NCBI RefSeq assembly: GCF_963676685.1
Contig: NC_092348.1
Coordinates: 95,728,001 to 95,792,000 of the forward strand
Direction: 5' to 3'
Length of the DNA stretch: 64,000 nucleotides
Source: Mytilus edulis
Taxonomy: Eukaryota
Of this stretch, positions 63,615-64,000 are shown piece by piece. The position numbers were made by a program, and so were the translations under genes. Numbering within the stretch: position 1 is the first letter of the stretch; every line of letters begins with the position of its first letter. The notes below the pieces were generated by a model. The model searched no databases and had not been told where the DNA came from. It was given only the letters and a program-made list of their open reading frames with translations.

Positions 63615-64000
63615 AGGAGATGTGATATATATATACAATGAGACAAAAATCCACCAGGAGATGTGATATATACGCCAATGAGACAACAATCCACCAGGAG
63701 ATGTGATATATACGCCAATGAGACAACAATCCACCAGGAGATGTGATATATACGCCAATGAGACAACAATCCACCAGGAGATGTGATATATACGCCAATG
63801 AGACAACAATCCACCAGGAGATGTGATATATATGCCAGAGACAACAATCCACCAGGAGATGTGATATATACGCCAATGAGACAACAATCCACCAGGAGAT
63901 GTGATATATACGCCAATGAGACAACAATCCACCAGGAGATGTGATATATACGCCAATGAGACAACAATCCACCAGGAGATGTGATATAAACGCCAATGAG
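63615..64000. repeat. 40-bp minisatellite, at least 9 copies, running off the window end
   Basis: Unit aggagatgtgatatatacgccaatgagacaacaatccacc. Confidence 0.95.

Noticed and set aside
63481-63996. Minus-strand ORFs of 123-171 aa
   Set aside because: Artefacts of a stop-free 40-bp tandem repeat; the same peptides appear in all three frames.

Overview
AT-rich, intron-containing animal genomic DNA. The repeat families resemble those of bivalves (mussel-like), which is an inference. I reconstructed five protein-coding genes by hand from splice sites and reading phase. (1) ECI2, minus strand, 10 exons, 393 aa: ACBP plus crotonase domains, an N-terminal presequence-like segment and C-terminal SKL. 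(2) A CDYL-like chromodomain-crotonase gene, plus strand, 7 exons, 923 aa. It sits head-to-head with ECI2, with only 37 bp between the two ATGs, and all four of its crotonase-domain introns match ECI2 introns in position and phase. (3) An orphan gene of 8 small exons (206 aa), absent from the ORF track, with an MGNC lipidation-type start, an RVxW motif and polybasic tracts. (4, 5) Two divergently transcribed paralogous 9-finger C2H2 genes. The rest is non-autonomous DNA transposons, Helentron-like elements, SINE-like repeats, a LINE 3' end, a decayed hammerhead-ribozyme repeat and several minisatellites. Two of those minisatellites multiply splice signals. No CRISPR array, rRNA or tRNA was recognised.
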